A program made the position numbers and the translations under genes. The notes under the pieces are model-generated. The model saw nothing but the letters and a program-made list of their open reading frames with translations. It ran no database searches and was not told the DNA's origin. A stretch of 63,960 nucleotides of DNA, the filler included, from Octopus bimaculoides (taxonomy: Eukaryota): assembly GCF_001194135.2 (NCBI RefSeq). It is 5 parts of 4 records of this genome, joined end to end, with 100 filler letters (N's around TTAATTAATTAA, not from the genome) between each part and the next. Parts side by side here need not be neighbours in the genome. Positions count along the whole stretch, not along the records: positions 1 to 11,615 come from NC_068984.1; positions 11,716 to 42,584 come from NC_068985.1; 3 more parts are not named here. One strand, 5' to 3'. This document shows, one piece after another, positions 1-12,125 of this stretch (position 1 is the first letter of the stretch; the number at the start of each line of letters is the position of its first letter).

Positions 1-37
<37 letters not shown>

Positions 38-40
38 GCA

Positions 41-780
41 TGGGCATATTTCCCAAAGAATTGAAGGTGACATTAATATTGACATGAAGTACTTGAACAT
101 GTGACTGATACATCACACTTCGAAGGCTACGCATTTGTAATCGAAGAGTAGGAGATTGCTGCAAAATACCTAATGGCTAAAAAAGACTGTAAAGCCCTCA
201 AGAAACAACCGAAAATATCGATTATGTCAAATTTCTCTGAAAAAACATCAGGCATATTATCAGCAGTTGTCCAAACATGTCATTAAGTTGCTACTTCCCG
301 ATGCGACATAATATTGTCGCTATAACAATATACAATGTCACCCGAAAAAGAGCGTTTTAGGAGAAATATAGAGAATTCTTTTGTAACTGATGGCATACGT
401 AAACATCCACACAGGTAATATTAATGGAACATTCCCATCGATACTCACACCAAGTGCAAAATAAAAGGCGAGATGTAACAGTCACTCAAGAAAATGAATA
501 TACCGTCTTAGAACTCTATTACTTTTCAGATGTTAATATCTCTTTGAAAATCAAAGAGAAACATGTTAAATATGGAAAACTACTTCGCGGCTTCTATATC
601 CTGATTATAAATTATCATTCAATAATAATTAGTGCACTTGGACTTTGTTAGTAAATGCGTAAATGACGACCTGGACAATCTGTAAGTGGAACAGTAAAAT
701 TATTGAAAAGTTTTCTCACGCTCAACATAGGTAATTGTTTTTGTTGTCTACATTCCAACGACGGAGATTCGTAGCTTTGT
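41..780 (+). mobile_element. Degraded 3' end of an R4/Dong-like non-LTR retrotransposon (zinc knuckle + RLE endonuclease region)
   Basis: Frameshifted pieces TSHFEGYAFVIEE*EIAAKYL, RHIISSCPNMS..PMRHNIVA and DVNISLKIKEKHVKYG...IIISALG resemble RLE-clade C-termini. Confidence 0.7.
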
Positions 781-842
781 TAGAAAGCTGCTCTTTTCTT
801 ACAAGAAGACTTCAAAGGATTAAAAATAGAAGAGATCATAAT

Positions 843-903
843 ACATACATACATACGTGCATACATACAGACGTATATACACACACACATACATACATAC
901 ATA

Positions 904-934
<31 letters not shown>

Positions 935-1290
935 CATACACACATACATACATAAATACATACATACATACATAAATACACACATACATACATATGATTC
1001 ATGTAATAAAAATTCTTTAGCAGATCTTTAATAATTCGTTACAATAATTTCTCTACCAACTCTGCTTACAACACCAGTTTATGCAAAATTCTAAGTAAGA
1101 ATTTAAGTAATGTTTGACATTTACGTAATGTTTAGACATTAGACTGGCACCTCATCAGTCTTGCGTCAAAGGTGCGCTACCACACAAAGATACCTACCTA
1201 CCTACCTACCTACCTACCTACCTACCTACCTACCTACCTACCTACCTACCTACATACATACATACATACATACATACATACATACACATA
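843..1290. repeat. (ACAT)n and (TACC)n/(TACA)n microsatellites
   Basis: Read directly. Confidence 0.95.
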
Positions 1291-2592
1291 TATACACACA
1301 GACACATATATGCATGCATTCATGCAAACATAAATTCATACATAAACGGAAATACTTGGTTCCACAAAGAAAGAGCAAATGAAAAGCGAATTCTCCAAAT
1401 CCAGTTTATTAATGGCACAGCGAAGAAGTGTACAACATTCCCCAAATTCTCCATCTGAGATTCTTATGTGAATAAATGCACGCACTTAGGTATATGCATC
1501 GACAGTTCATCTAACATACCAACTCAACCAGATATTTACAAGCAGCGGTAACTCTCTTAACTACAATAAACTTTGTCGGTTTGTTAATAACCAACTTGAA
1601 ATCTCTCAAGAACTTAAATAAAACTCAAAGAAAAAATCGTACAGTTAAAAGTTATCAATTATATCCCTCCAAACGACATTGAAAAGATGTGAGGCGCACG
1701 CATTGGATCACCAATTGCTCTATTAGTTTTCTAACTTAATACAATGAAAATAATTGAAGTACATATGCTAATGAAAATATTCAACGATATTCAGTCTGAC
1801 TGAAAACAAATAGCCCAAAAAACTATCTGAAATCTGCTATGCAGAGGCACGCATTTAAACGCTATTATAGCCTGTAGGATAAACAAAACGTTTACCACGC
1901 ATAATTTCATATTAATAGGAACCTGGCAAAATCTATAAACTAAATTCTTGAGTAGAAATTAATAACTAAATTCATAACCTTAAAACATGAACATTAGACT
2001 TGAATGAGAAATCTCGTTACTGGAAAATACATCATTAACCATATGTTTGCTTCTGACTCACAAATAGTAGACTGCAAAAAATCTGTAAAATGTGTGTCCT
2101 CCCAGGCATATCTTAAATAGTTTTGAATATATTGAGCCTTGCATAAGTAATGTAGTGAATTGAAAAACCTCGATAAAATATAAGTATCTATGAAATAAAT
2201 AGACAAAAACATTTTCTAGTGATATTTAAAATCCCAAATCAATACGAAATAGGCGTCCTGGTTTTAAATAAAATCATCCAGTCGCAGCCTATAAAGATTT
2301 AGTAAATTTGAAGCAATTATGAATGGATCTTAACTTTTACGACAATTGGTGATATGAACGAACAAGTTTTATTTTGATCTTAGATTTTCTATGCTCTATT
2401 CGATTCTCATGACTTAGAACTGATCAGTATATATGAAAATGTAGGGAATACAGAGCCCATTTGGATATCGATAACATGACCAGAAAAGTACTATAGAGCA
2501 GTGTATACAGATAGGAAAAATATACACAATAAAGAAATACGGTATAATAATTTATTATGAATTGTTAAAATTTTACATTTGCTATTATATAT

Positions 2593-3736
2593 ACTAGCAA
2601 GTCTACCCATCTACGACGGGAACATAAACTGAGCAGTGTGTATTGAGAAATGTGTAAATGGACTTCATAGATAACTGGGTGATGTCTTAGAGAAATCACA
2701 TTATTGTTGGTTATACGTATTTCGTTTGACTATACCTTCAGAGTTCAAATTCCGCCGAGGTCAAATTTGCCTTTCAAAACTTCGGGGTCAAGAAATTAAG
2801 TATCAGTTGCGGTACTGGGGTCGATCTAATCGACTGGTCCCATCTCTCAAAATTTCGGGCCTATATGTAGCTATATGACATGTGTTTGCAACTGAGTGAC
2901 ATGTGATGAGAATTCACTCCCGAACTGGAATAGATTCCCAGCTTCTGTATCATGAATGGTTATGTAGACCACTCCTAACGAAAATTAGAGCTTCCCTTGA
3001 CCACTATATAAAAAGTATTAAGAAAAAAATGTTATTCAAATATACTTTTATTTTAGTTGTTTACACTATTTTACGCTTGTTTATGCTTTTATACGTTCGA
3101 AGTTCACAAATTCTCTTATTCAAATTATGAATCATATTCAATATGATTACAAAACATCTTTGTAGACGATATTTTCTGTTTGGTCAGCACTAAAAAATCA
3201 AGTTAAAACTTACCTCCCACTGTTCTATATTAATAATGTCTGGATGATCTGGTACCATAGGTTATTTTCGTTGACAAAGCTAAGATGTAAACAACTGCCG
3301 CTTCGATTAGCTGTTTCGAATCCTGCTCGAGAATGACACACTTCAATAACCACTAAATAATCTCACACTCTATATACTGACACACACTTTTCCCACTTTA
3401 TTTTCGCTATTAACCGTCCTCGCGACCTCCTTCGTACCTACGATGGGGGCCACAAACTATACGACGAAATTTAGTGGATTTTTAATGAAAATGCGAAGGT
3501 TTTTTATCAATTCAAGAATCGGTACCCATGAAATAATCATATTTCTCATTTTTTAATGCTAAAAACCTTCCTGGCGACCGTCTTTGTAATCCCGAAAAAT
3601 ATCGTAACTATTGGTCCAGCCGTCTGGCCGTGAAGAGGGAACAGACAAAGAGACGGACAGACGGATAAATAAACGGACATAATACCCATCATAGCAAGAT
3701 GGTAAATCTGCCCATCTACGATGGAAAAGGGATAGT
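2593..3736 (+). mobile_element. Non-autonomous Helitron/HINE-like element, interrupted by a SINE fragment
   Basis: 5' ACTAGCAAGTCTACCCATCTACGACGGG. The same hairpin motif recurs near the 3' end (ctgcccatctacgatgg...gggatagt). Internal ggtccagccgtctggccgtgaagagg/acagac core resembles Lep1/DINE-type elements. Confidence 0.5.
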
Positions 3737-3859
3737 ATCGCAAACCTACATCCTGTAGATTCACGAACTATACGGTGGCGGGGAATCCAGACTTAATCCT
3801 GGTCGCCAGAATTTTAACAAAAAACAAAAAACAAAAAAATGCGAAGCTCTATAATCATA

Positions 3860-4039
3860 CAGTTTTGTATTTAAGAGACGAGGAATTATGTACATTATTT
3901 ACATTATTTACATTTGACAGATATTTGTCCTCATCTTGTTTGTTGCTAACACAACGTTTCGGCTGATATATCCTCCAGCCTTCATCAGGTGTCTTGGGGA
4001 AATTTCGAACCTCGATTCTCATTCCTAAGGTATTTTTCG
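3860..4039 (-). mobile_element. Penelope-like element terminal repeat (copy 1, runs into a gap)
   Basis: About 85% similar to 10697-10850 in opposite orientation; carries the CTGATGAAGGCTG..CAGCCGAAACG motif typical of PLE ends. Confidence 0.7.
3948..3993 (-). ncRNA. Minimal type I hammerhead ribozyme motif
   Basis: Minus strand reads GACAC-CUGAUGA-A-GGCUGG(AGGAUAUA)UCAGCC-GAAAC-GUU-GUGUU. Stem I GACAC/GUGUU, stem II GGCUG/CAGCC, palindromic ACGU stem III. Confidence 0.6.
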
Positions 4040-4884
4040 NNNNNNNNNNNNNNNNNNNNNNNNNNNNNNNNNNNNNNNNNNNNNNNNNNNNNNNNNNNNN
4101 NNNNNNNNNNNNNNNNNNNNNNNNNNNNNNNNNNNNNNNNNNNNNNNNNNNNNNNNNNNNNNNNNNNNNNNNNNNNNNNNNNNNNNNNNNNNNNNNNNNN
4201 NNNNNNNNNNNNNNNNNNNNNNNNNNNNNNNNNNNNNNNNNNNNNNNNNNNNNNNNNNNNNNNNNNNNNNNNNNNNNNNNNNNNNNNNNNNNNNNNNNNN
4301 NNNNNNNNNNNNNNNNNNNNNNNNNNNNNNNNNNNNNNNNNNNNNNNNNNNNNNNNNNNNNNNNNNNNNNNNNNNNNNNNNNNNNNNNNNNNNNNNNNNN
4401 NNNNNNNNNNNNNNNNNNNNNNNNNNNNNNNNNNNNNNNNNNNNNNNNNNNNNNNNNNNNNNNNNNNNNNNNNNNNNNNNNNNNNNNNNNNNNNNNNNNN
4501 NNNNNNNNNNNNNNNNNNNNNNNNNNNNNNNNNNNNNNNNNNNNNNNNNNNNNNNNNNNNNNNNNNNNNNNNNNNNNNNNNNNNNNNNNNNNNNNNNNNN
4601 NNNNNNNNNNNNNNNNNNNNNNNNNNNNNNNNNNNNNNNNNNNNNNNNNNNNNNNNNNNNNNNNNNNNNNNNNNNNNNNNNNNNNNNNNNNNNNNNNNNN
4701 NNNNNNNNNNNNNNNNNNNNNNNNNNNNNNNNNNNNNNNNNNNNNNNNNNNNNNNNNNNNNNNNNNNNNNNNNNNNNNNNNNNNNNNNNNNNNNNNNNNN
4801 NNNNNNNNNNNNNNNNNNNNNNNNNNNNNNNNNNNNNNNNNNNNNNNNNNNNNNNNNNNNNNNNNNNNNNNNNNNNNNNNNNNN

Positions 4885-4934
<50 letters not shown>

Positions 4935-5078
4935 AGAACACCGTATTTCGTTTGGCAACCATATTAAAGTACCAAATATATGAAAAGTTTATAAGTCAAT
5001 ATGGTATCCTACGTTTTCGTTTTAGCAGTGCGACACAATCAATTTTAAGGTATCTCTACAGGTCCTGTACAGGATTTA

Positions 5079-5513
5079 GTGCCAACACTGAAAGTTACGA
5101 CGTTTCGTACACGAATACGTTGATGTAAGCAATGCAATCGAAGATAGAAAAATAGTTAATGGGTGTATATGCATATTTCAGGAATTATTGCTCTTTTTTC
5201 AGTACCACACCAACCCATTAACCATCCATGAACACATTGCTTAAGTAACCACTTAAGTATCAACTGAATTTAGCGTTGTAGCACTATTAGATAGATTAAT
5301 TGCATATTGGTATGTACATAATAATTGCTGGTAGGGACATCGTATATTTGTTTATGACCATAATATAATATTGTATTAAAGGTTTATAAGTCAATACTGT
5401 ATCCTACGTTTCTATATTAGCAGTGCGATACAATCACTTTTTTGTTATGTTCGTTCGCACTGTTTACATTGATGTATTCGTACACAAAACGTCGTAACTT
5501 TCAGTGCTGACTC
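5079..5513. mobile_element. MITE with ~50-bp imperfect TIRs and TA target-site duplication
   Basis: TA|GTGCCAACACTGAAAGTTACGACG... versus ...CGTCGTAACTTTCAGTGCTGACTC|TA. Confidence 0.6.
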
Positions 5514-6554
5514 TAAATTACATACACACACACGCGCGCGCGCACGCACACACACACACACACACATACATATATATATACACACACGTGCACAGACACA
5601 TATACATACACATATACATGTAGGTTATGTATATCTTATATGTATGTGTGTGTCTTCATGTGTATGCGGTTTTTATATTTTGATTAGTAAATAAACAAGA
5701 TAGATACAAGTTAAACATAGAACAATCCTCGTTGAATTTCCCACCAAATAATTTCCAGCCCATCTAAAAGACATTAACTATAACATATAATCGAGTAAAC
5801 AGAAATTTTCACGGGAAGAATGAGATAGTAATTACTCATACAGCAACTTTCAATTTAAATCGAATAAACAAAACACCACTCCAACAAAGAATATGTGCAA
5901 CAGTTCTTTTACACCTGGTGAAGAGAGTAAGACTTAGGAAGGTTTACATCAACTCACAAAGTTCTCTAAATCAGAATATAATAGTTTCTCGTGAATCCAC
6001 CCTTACACTTCTTCCCTTAAAAAATTATATATCATCGGACAAAACCAAAACCTTTTATGGTAGCATGTAGTATGTGACTGTTATTCAATTACATTACCTA
6101 CTTTTACTAAAATCCCTGGCCAAAGCAAAGAGCTGTTATTACCATAGAAAATACAACTATCACTGTTAGTAAAGATGAACAAGAAAGATATTTTATCCCA
6201 TACATTTTATTAATTCCTCTTAATGATTCCTCTTAAAGATCAAATCTCTATTTTCTTAGTAAGAAAATAGAGATTTGATCTTTTCTTAGTAACCCTAAAT
6301 GCAAGTTAATTTCTAATTCCTAATAACCCTAAATACAGGCAAATAAATTGTAGTAATCAGACTATGTATAGTCGCAGATGATACTGTGATTTTTTCTTGC
6401 TTGATCTAATTGAATTCTTTTAATTATTAAATCTCTTCTCCAAGATATAACTTTATCCTACTCTATCCTATCTATGGGTACATCAGGTTATCGGATGTGG
6501 GAAATATGTATGCAAGGATGTCCATTTTGTTTTGTGACAATTCATCTGGGATAA

Positions 6555-6688
6555 ACACTAGCCTTTGCTCGCCCCGAGGTTATAGTAGAAGACACTTGCC
6601 CAAGGTGCCACGCGATGGGACTGAACGCGGAACCATGTGGTTGGTAAGCAAGGTACTTACCACGCAGCCACTCTTACGCCTATGTATA
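6555..6688 (-). mobile_element. SINE family B, 5' part (tRNA-like head, CORE-like box ccttgggcaagtgtctt)
   Basis: Homologous to the head of the full copy at 45409-45805. Confidence 0.8.
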
Positions 6689-6735
6689 TAGATATTCTTA
6701 CATGAACATGGTTATAATAATTGTATTGTTATTGT

Positions 6736-6950
6736 GCACGAGCTGGTACAATCGTTAGCACGCCGGAAAAAATTCTTATCGGCATTTCGTCCGTCCTCAC
6801 GTTCTGAGTTCAAATTCCTCCGAGGTCGACTTTGCTTTTGATCCTTTCGGGATCGATGAAATAAGTAACACTTGATCACTAGGGTCGATGTAATCAACTT
6901 ACCCACTTCCCCCGAAATTGCTGACTATGAGTCGAAATTTGAAACCAATA
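6736..6950 (+). mobile_element. SINE family A
   Basis: gagctgg..aatcgttagcacgccgg..ttctgagttcaaattcc..gaggtcgactttg; more than 15 homologous copies in the window. Confidence 0.85.
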
Positions 6951-7898
6951 TTAGATGTAAATGTAATAAACTTTCTGTTGCTAGGATACTCTTACACATA
7001 TAATGAAACCTTTAACCTTCATTATAAACAGAAAAATCATGAAGATATTCGAAGAAACCAATAAATAATTTTTCAAAAGTAAACGGGAAAAAGTAAAAAA
7101 ATAAAAAAAAGAACAGCATAAAAACACCAAATTTGTAAACAGATAAAAACATCAAAAACAAAATCAAGATAAAATGTTCTCGTACGCATTGATAAAAAAG
7201 ATAGCAAATGAAACCTACTTATGGATAGCCATCTTTTGGCCATGACCTCTACGTAACATAGCGCCTCAATGACTGACAGTATGGCACCATATCTTGTCAC
7301 ATGGAAAGATTTAGAACCGAACTGATAAAAAACAATGTGTAGTGTGATTTGATAAAATATTATGTCAACGTTGACATTTGCACAAGCTCTCTCTCTCTCT
7401 CTCACACACAAGCATGCATCCACCCCCACCCCCCACACACATCATATGAATGGTTTCAGACTCATACACAATCCATGTCTGAGGGTGTGAGAAATATTCG
7501 AGCTACGGTATTCTTGAGAGAGGATGAACTACTTACGCACATATATTATATATAAGTAATATGTGTGTGTNNNNNNNNNNNNNNNNNNNNNNNNNNNNNN
7601 NNNNNNNNNNNNNNNNNNNNNNNNNNNNNNNNNNNNNNNNNNNNNNNNNNNNNNNNNNNNNNNNNNNNNNNNNNNNNNNNNNNNNNNNNNNNNNNNNNNN
7701 NNNNNNNNNNNNNNNNNNNNNNNNNNNNNNNNNNNNNNNNNNNNNNNNNNNNNNNNNNNNNNNNNNNNNNNNNNNNNNNNNNNNNNNNNNNNNNNNNNNN
7801 NNNNNNNNNNNNNNNNNNNNNNNNNNNNNNNNNNNNNNNNNACTCCAATGCAAACGTTTCAGAGTGTTTGGGTGTCAGTCTGAGGACATGTACTGAGA

Positions 7899-8010
7899 GT
7901 GATAAAAATCAAACATCCAGTCAACATTATGGTGTTTGATCTGATCACTTGTGATGGCAACGTTATGCCTCCATTCATCTTCCCATACGGCTTCAGACTC
8001 AACACGCTCA
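7899..8010 (+). mobile_element. Tc1/mariner (DD37D/maT-like) transposase fragment
   Basis: KHPVNIMVFDLITCDGNVMPPFIFPYGFRLNT resembles the KHPxxVMVxGxxxxxGxxMPxxFF motif. Confidence 0.6.
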
Positions 8011-8285
8011 ACACGGAGGCCTTCAATATACTTTCTGCAAATTTGCGTAGGCATCTGAGCAAGTGTCGCATAACAACTTACTCTGTCATGGTTAATGGGA
8101 CGATCAAGCGCTACACGCCTTCCTTCCAAGCACTGTTGCAAACAGCAGAAATGAGGTAGAACGCCAAATTTTAGTGCGCATGCAGAGCAGAGGTCAAGGG
8201 CTATCTTCACCAATCGGTTTACTGTGCGTGATTTAGCTTTGTTACTATGGCAACACTCCGAAAACTTATTGATCAGACAGAATAT
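8011..8285 (-). mobile_element. Mariner-like element 5' end (TIR and leader)
   Basis: Minus strand begins ATATTCTGTCTGATCAATAAGTTTTCGGAGT, like mariner TIRs; abuts a gap. Confidence 0.5.
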
Positions 8286-8818
8286 NNNNNNNNNNNNNNN
8301 NNNNNNNNNNNNNNNNNNNNNNNNNNNNNNNNNNNNNNNNNNNNNNNNNNNNNNNNNNNNNNNNNNNNNNNNNNNNNNNNNNNNNNNNNNNNNNNNNNNN
8401 NNNNNNNNNNNNNNNNNNNNNNNNNNNNNNNNNNNNNNNNNNNNNNNNNNNNNNNNNNNNNNNNNNNNNNNNNNNNNNNNNNNNNNNNNNNNNNNNNNNN
8501 NNNNNNNNNNNNNNNNNNNNNNNNNNNNNNNNNNNNNNNNNNNNNNNNNNNNNNNNNNNNNNNNNNNNNNNNNNNNNNNNNNNNNNNNNNNNNNNNNNNN
8601 NNNNNNNNNNNNNNNNNNNNNNNNNNNNNNNNNNNNNNNNNNNNNNNNNNNNNNNNNNNNNNNNNNNNNNNNNNNNNNNNNNNNNNNNNNNNNATATACA
8701 TATATACACACACATGCACATATATATACATATATATATGTATATACATTGTATATACATATACACACACACACAAACGCACACGCACACACGCACAAGC
8801 ACACACACCCACACAAAC

Positions 8819-8849
<31 letters not shown>

Positions 8850-8975
8850 CATATATATGTACACACATATATATATATATATACATGTATATGTATCTGC
8901 GTGAGTGCATAGAATTCTACACTGATTTCCTTTATCAGCCATCTTGATAAGGTTATCAGGAGTAAATAATAAATA

Positions 8976-8979
8976 CATA

Positions 8980-9072
<93 letters not shown>

Positions 9073-9102
9073 AAGAAGATGAAGAAGAAGTAGTAGTAGT
9101 AG
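8976..9102. repeat. Compound (AAT)n-(AAG)n-(AGT)n microsatellite
   Basis: Read directly. Confidence 0.95.
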
Positions 9103-9524
9103 TTCAGGTCAGAAATATTTTAGATGCTAAGTTGAGTTGTTTTGAAATGAATCTCAAAAATATTTCTCCGATATAAAATGGTTGAAACATTGGTAAATGT
9201 TGCCTTAGAAAAGTATACTTGTACTTTTACCGGGTTCAGTTACTGGAAAACGGCATTAATTAAGCAATGATATTTCATAGCATTGTACCTCGGGTTAAAC
9301 TGCAGAAGTTATGGTAATTACAAAATGAAACAGGGCACACATGTACACTAAAGCAAATCTCCTCGGATGGAATTTCCATAGCAAGAAGGATAAATATTAC
9401 ACGTAGAAGTTTAGAAATGTCTTGCCTAGTTTTACTGGTCTATTTACGTATTTCTTTCTTTCTTTTTCTGAAAATCCTAGTTTTTCCAAATAGACGCTTA
9501 GACATTCACTAATATAACGAATGA

Positions 9525-9830
9525 GTGGAGGCGCAATGGCCCAGTGGTTAGGGCAGCGAACTCGCGCTCGGAGGATCGCTGTTTCGATCCCCAGACAGGG
9601 CGTTGTGTGTGTTTATTTAACGAAAACACCTAAAGCTCCACGAGGCACCAGCAGGGGGTGGTGGTGACCCCTGTTGTACTCTCTCGCCCCAACTTTCTCT
9701 CACTCTTTCTTCCGGCTCCTTGAGTAAAAAGATGCGATGGACTGGCGTCCCGTCCAGCTAGTGGCGAACACATACGCCATGGAAACCGGGAAACCGGCCC
9801 TATGCTCCACATGGAGCTAAGAGAATTTCC
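9525..9830 (+). mobile_element. tRNA-derived SINE family C with perfect 14-bp TSD
   Basis: Pol III A box (gcccagtggttagg) and B box (gtttcgatccc). AATATAACGAATGA at 9511-9524 and 9831-9844. Confidence 0.9.
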
Positions 9831-10518
9831 AATATAACGAATGAAACAAAATTTAGTGGGAAAAGTTTGAACTTGTAAATGAGTAATTGTGCAGCAAGTT
9901 TCTAAGCAGTTTTTGTATAGAACGTCACAACTGTTGCAATTTTGAAGAAGATTTGAAAGTGCATATTCTCAGAGAATATTCTGAATCTGCCCTACTTTCA
10001 CTTCTCACGAGGAGAAATATGTTTGCGGTTTATTAACATCACGCCCTGGAGGAATGAAGAAGATGACAGGAGAATATCATCAAATTTATACAAAACTGTT
10101 TGATTAAATATTCTTCTTCCTCTCTTTTTCTTTCCTTTTTTTTCTGTCTTTTTCTTTTCGCCTGTTATAAAATTGTAACATAAAAACTGATGATNNNNNN
10201 NNNNNNNNNNNNNNNNNNNNNNNNNNNNNNNNNNNNNNNNNNNNNNNNNNNNNNNNNNNNNNNNNNNNNNNNNNNNNNNNNNNNNNNNNNNNNNNNNNNN
10301 NNNNNNNNNNNNNNNNNNNNNNNNNNNNNNNNNNNNNNNNNNNNNNNNNNNNNNNNNNNNNNNNNNNNNNNNNNNNNNNNNNNNNNNNNNNNNNNNNNNN
10401 NNNNNNNNNNNNNNNNNNNNNNNNNNNNNNNNNNNNNNNNNNNNNNNNNNNNNNNNNNNNNNNNNNNNNNNNNNNNNNNNNNNNNNNNNNNNNNNNNNNN
10501 NNNNNNNNNNNNNNNNNN

Positions 10519-10660
<142 letters not shown>

Positions 10661-10696
10661 TAATAATAATGAAATAATAATAACAATAATAACATC

Positions 10697-10850
10697 GTAA
10701 AATACCTTAGGAATGAGAACCCAGACTCGAAATTTCCACAAGAAACCTGAAGAAGGATGGAGGATATATCAGCCGAAACGTTGTGTTAACAACAAGATGA
10801 GGAAAAATATCCGTCGAATGTAAACAAAGTAAATAATGTAAATAATGTAG
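10697..10850 (+). mobile_element. Penelope-like element terminal repeat (copy 2) with degenerate hammerhead motif at 10742-10787
   Basis: CTGAAGAAGGATGG..CAGCCGAAACGTTGTGTT; substitutions break stems I and II relative to copy 1. Confidence 0.65.
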
Positions 10851-11217
10851 CATGCAGTGTACACTGGATAATTTTTTCAGCCCTCTGACTGATTTTAATA
10901 TTAATAAATGTATTTTTTAACGTTTCTTTAATCGGAGGCTACAAATCTCCTTTGCGTTTCAAGGTGTCTGCGAGTAAATGTCATTAAGAAAACCAAACAA
11001 GGCCGTAATTCATCTGGCGTTATCCTTCGTCGCTGTTGGGACGACTGTTCGTCTTCCTCCGATATATAGTTCGATTTTAGACACAACACTTCTATGTGGA
11101 CATTTATATTAGTGTACAACCGCTTTAGTTGCTTTTCAGCGGTGTTTATATATAATGTATGATTCATAGATAACTATTCGTTTTATTTAATATTGCTTCA
11201 CTTGAAGATAATGTACA

Positions 11218-11291
<74 letters not shown>

Positions 11292-11340
11292 ATACCTAGC
11301 TACCTTTCTCCCTACCTCCCTATCTATATATCTATCTTAT

Positions 11341-11558
11341 TTCTTTATTGCCTACAAGAGGCTAAAGATAGAGGGGACAAACACGGACAGACAGAGTGAT
11401 TAAGTCGATTACATTGACCCAAGAGCGTAAATGGAACTTAATTTATCGACCCCGAAAAGATGAAAGGCAAAGTCGACCTCGGCGGAATTTGAACGTAACG
11501 GCAGACGAAATACCAGTAAGCATTTCGCCCGGCATGCTAACGATTCTGCCAGCTCGCC
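11341..11558 (-). mobile_element. SINE family A variant with a different 3' tail
   Basis: Family A head and body; tail ttctttattgcctacaagaggctaaa differs from other copies. Confidence 0.8.
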
Positions 11559-11563
11559 GCATT

Positions 11564-11615
<52 letters not shown>

Positions 11616-11715
11616 NNNNNNNNNNNNNNNNNNNNNNNNNNNNNNNNNNNNNNNNNNNNTTAATTAATTAANNNNNNNNNNNNNNNNNNNNNNNNNNNNN
11701 NNNNNNNNNNNNNNN
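11616..11715. other. Artificial 100-bp scaffold join (44 N + TTAATTAATTAA + 44 N); identical joins at 42585-42684, 48338-48437, 62243-62342
   Basis: Same geometry four times; the 12-mer has stops in all six frames. Confidence 0.97.
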
Positions 11716-11782
<67 letters not shown>

Positions 11783-12069
11783 TTCATATGCACAAATATG
11801 CACGTACACACACATACACATGTACATATGCAGAAAGAGATGTACATACTCATATACATAGAAGCAGAGAACTTTCAAATGGCAAAATATTCAATGCACA
11901 CACACACACACACACACAGTCACACGCACACACACACACACTCTCTCCCTCCCTCTTTCTTTCATTCTCTTTCTCTCTCTCATATTCACAGACCCATCCT
12001 CATATATGCATAGTATGCATATATATATGTGTGTGTGTGTGTGTGTGTATTTATGTGTAGTGAATGTGT

Positions 12070-12125
<56 letters not shown>

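Noticed and set aside
735-1382. HTYI/YVCM/PTYL-type ORFs here and throughout
   Set aside because: Translations of (ACAT)n, (CA)n and (TACC)n microsatellites.
3855-5128. Long ORFs spanning N gaps (also near 7.5-8.9, 10, 12.6-13.5, 35.7, 41.3, 48.5, 52, 54, 56 and 57 kb)
   Set aside because: Open only because N codons contain no stops.
9525-9600. tRNA genes at SINE heads
   Set aside because: A/B boxes continue into SINE bodies and I could not fold a full cloverleaf.
11660-11671. TTAATTAATTAA recurring four times between N runs
   Set aside because: Identical 44N-12bp-44N geometry marks an assembly linker, not biology.
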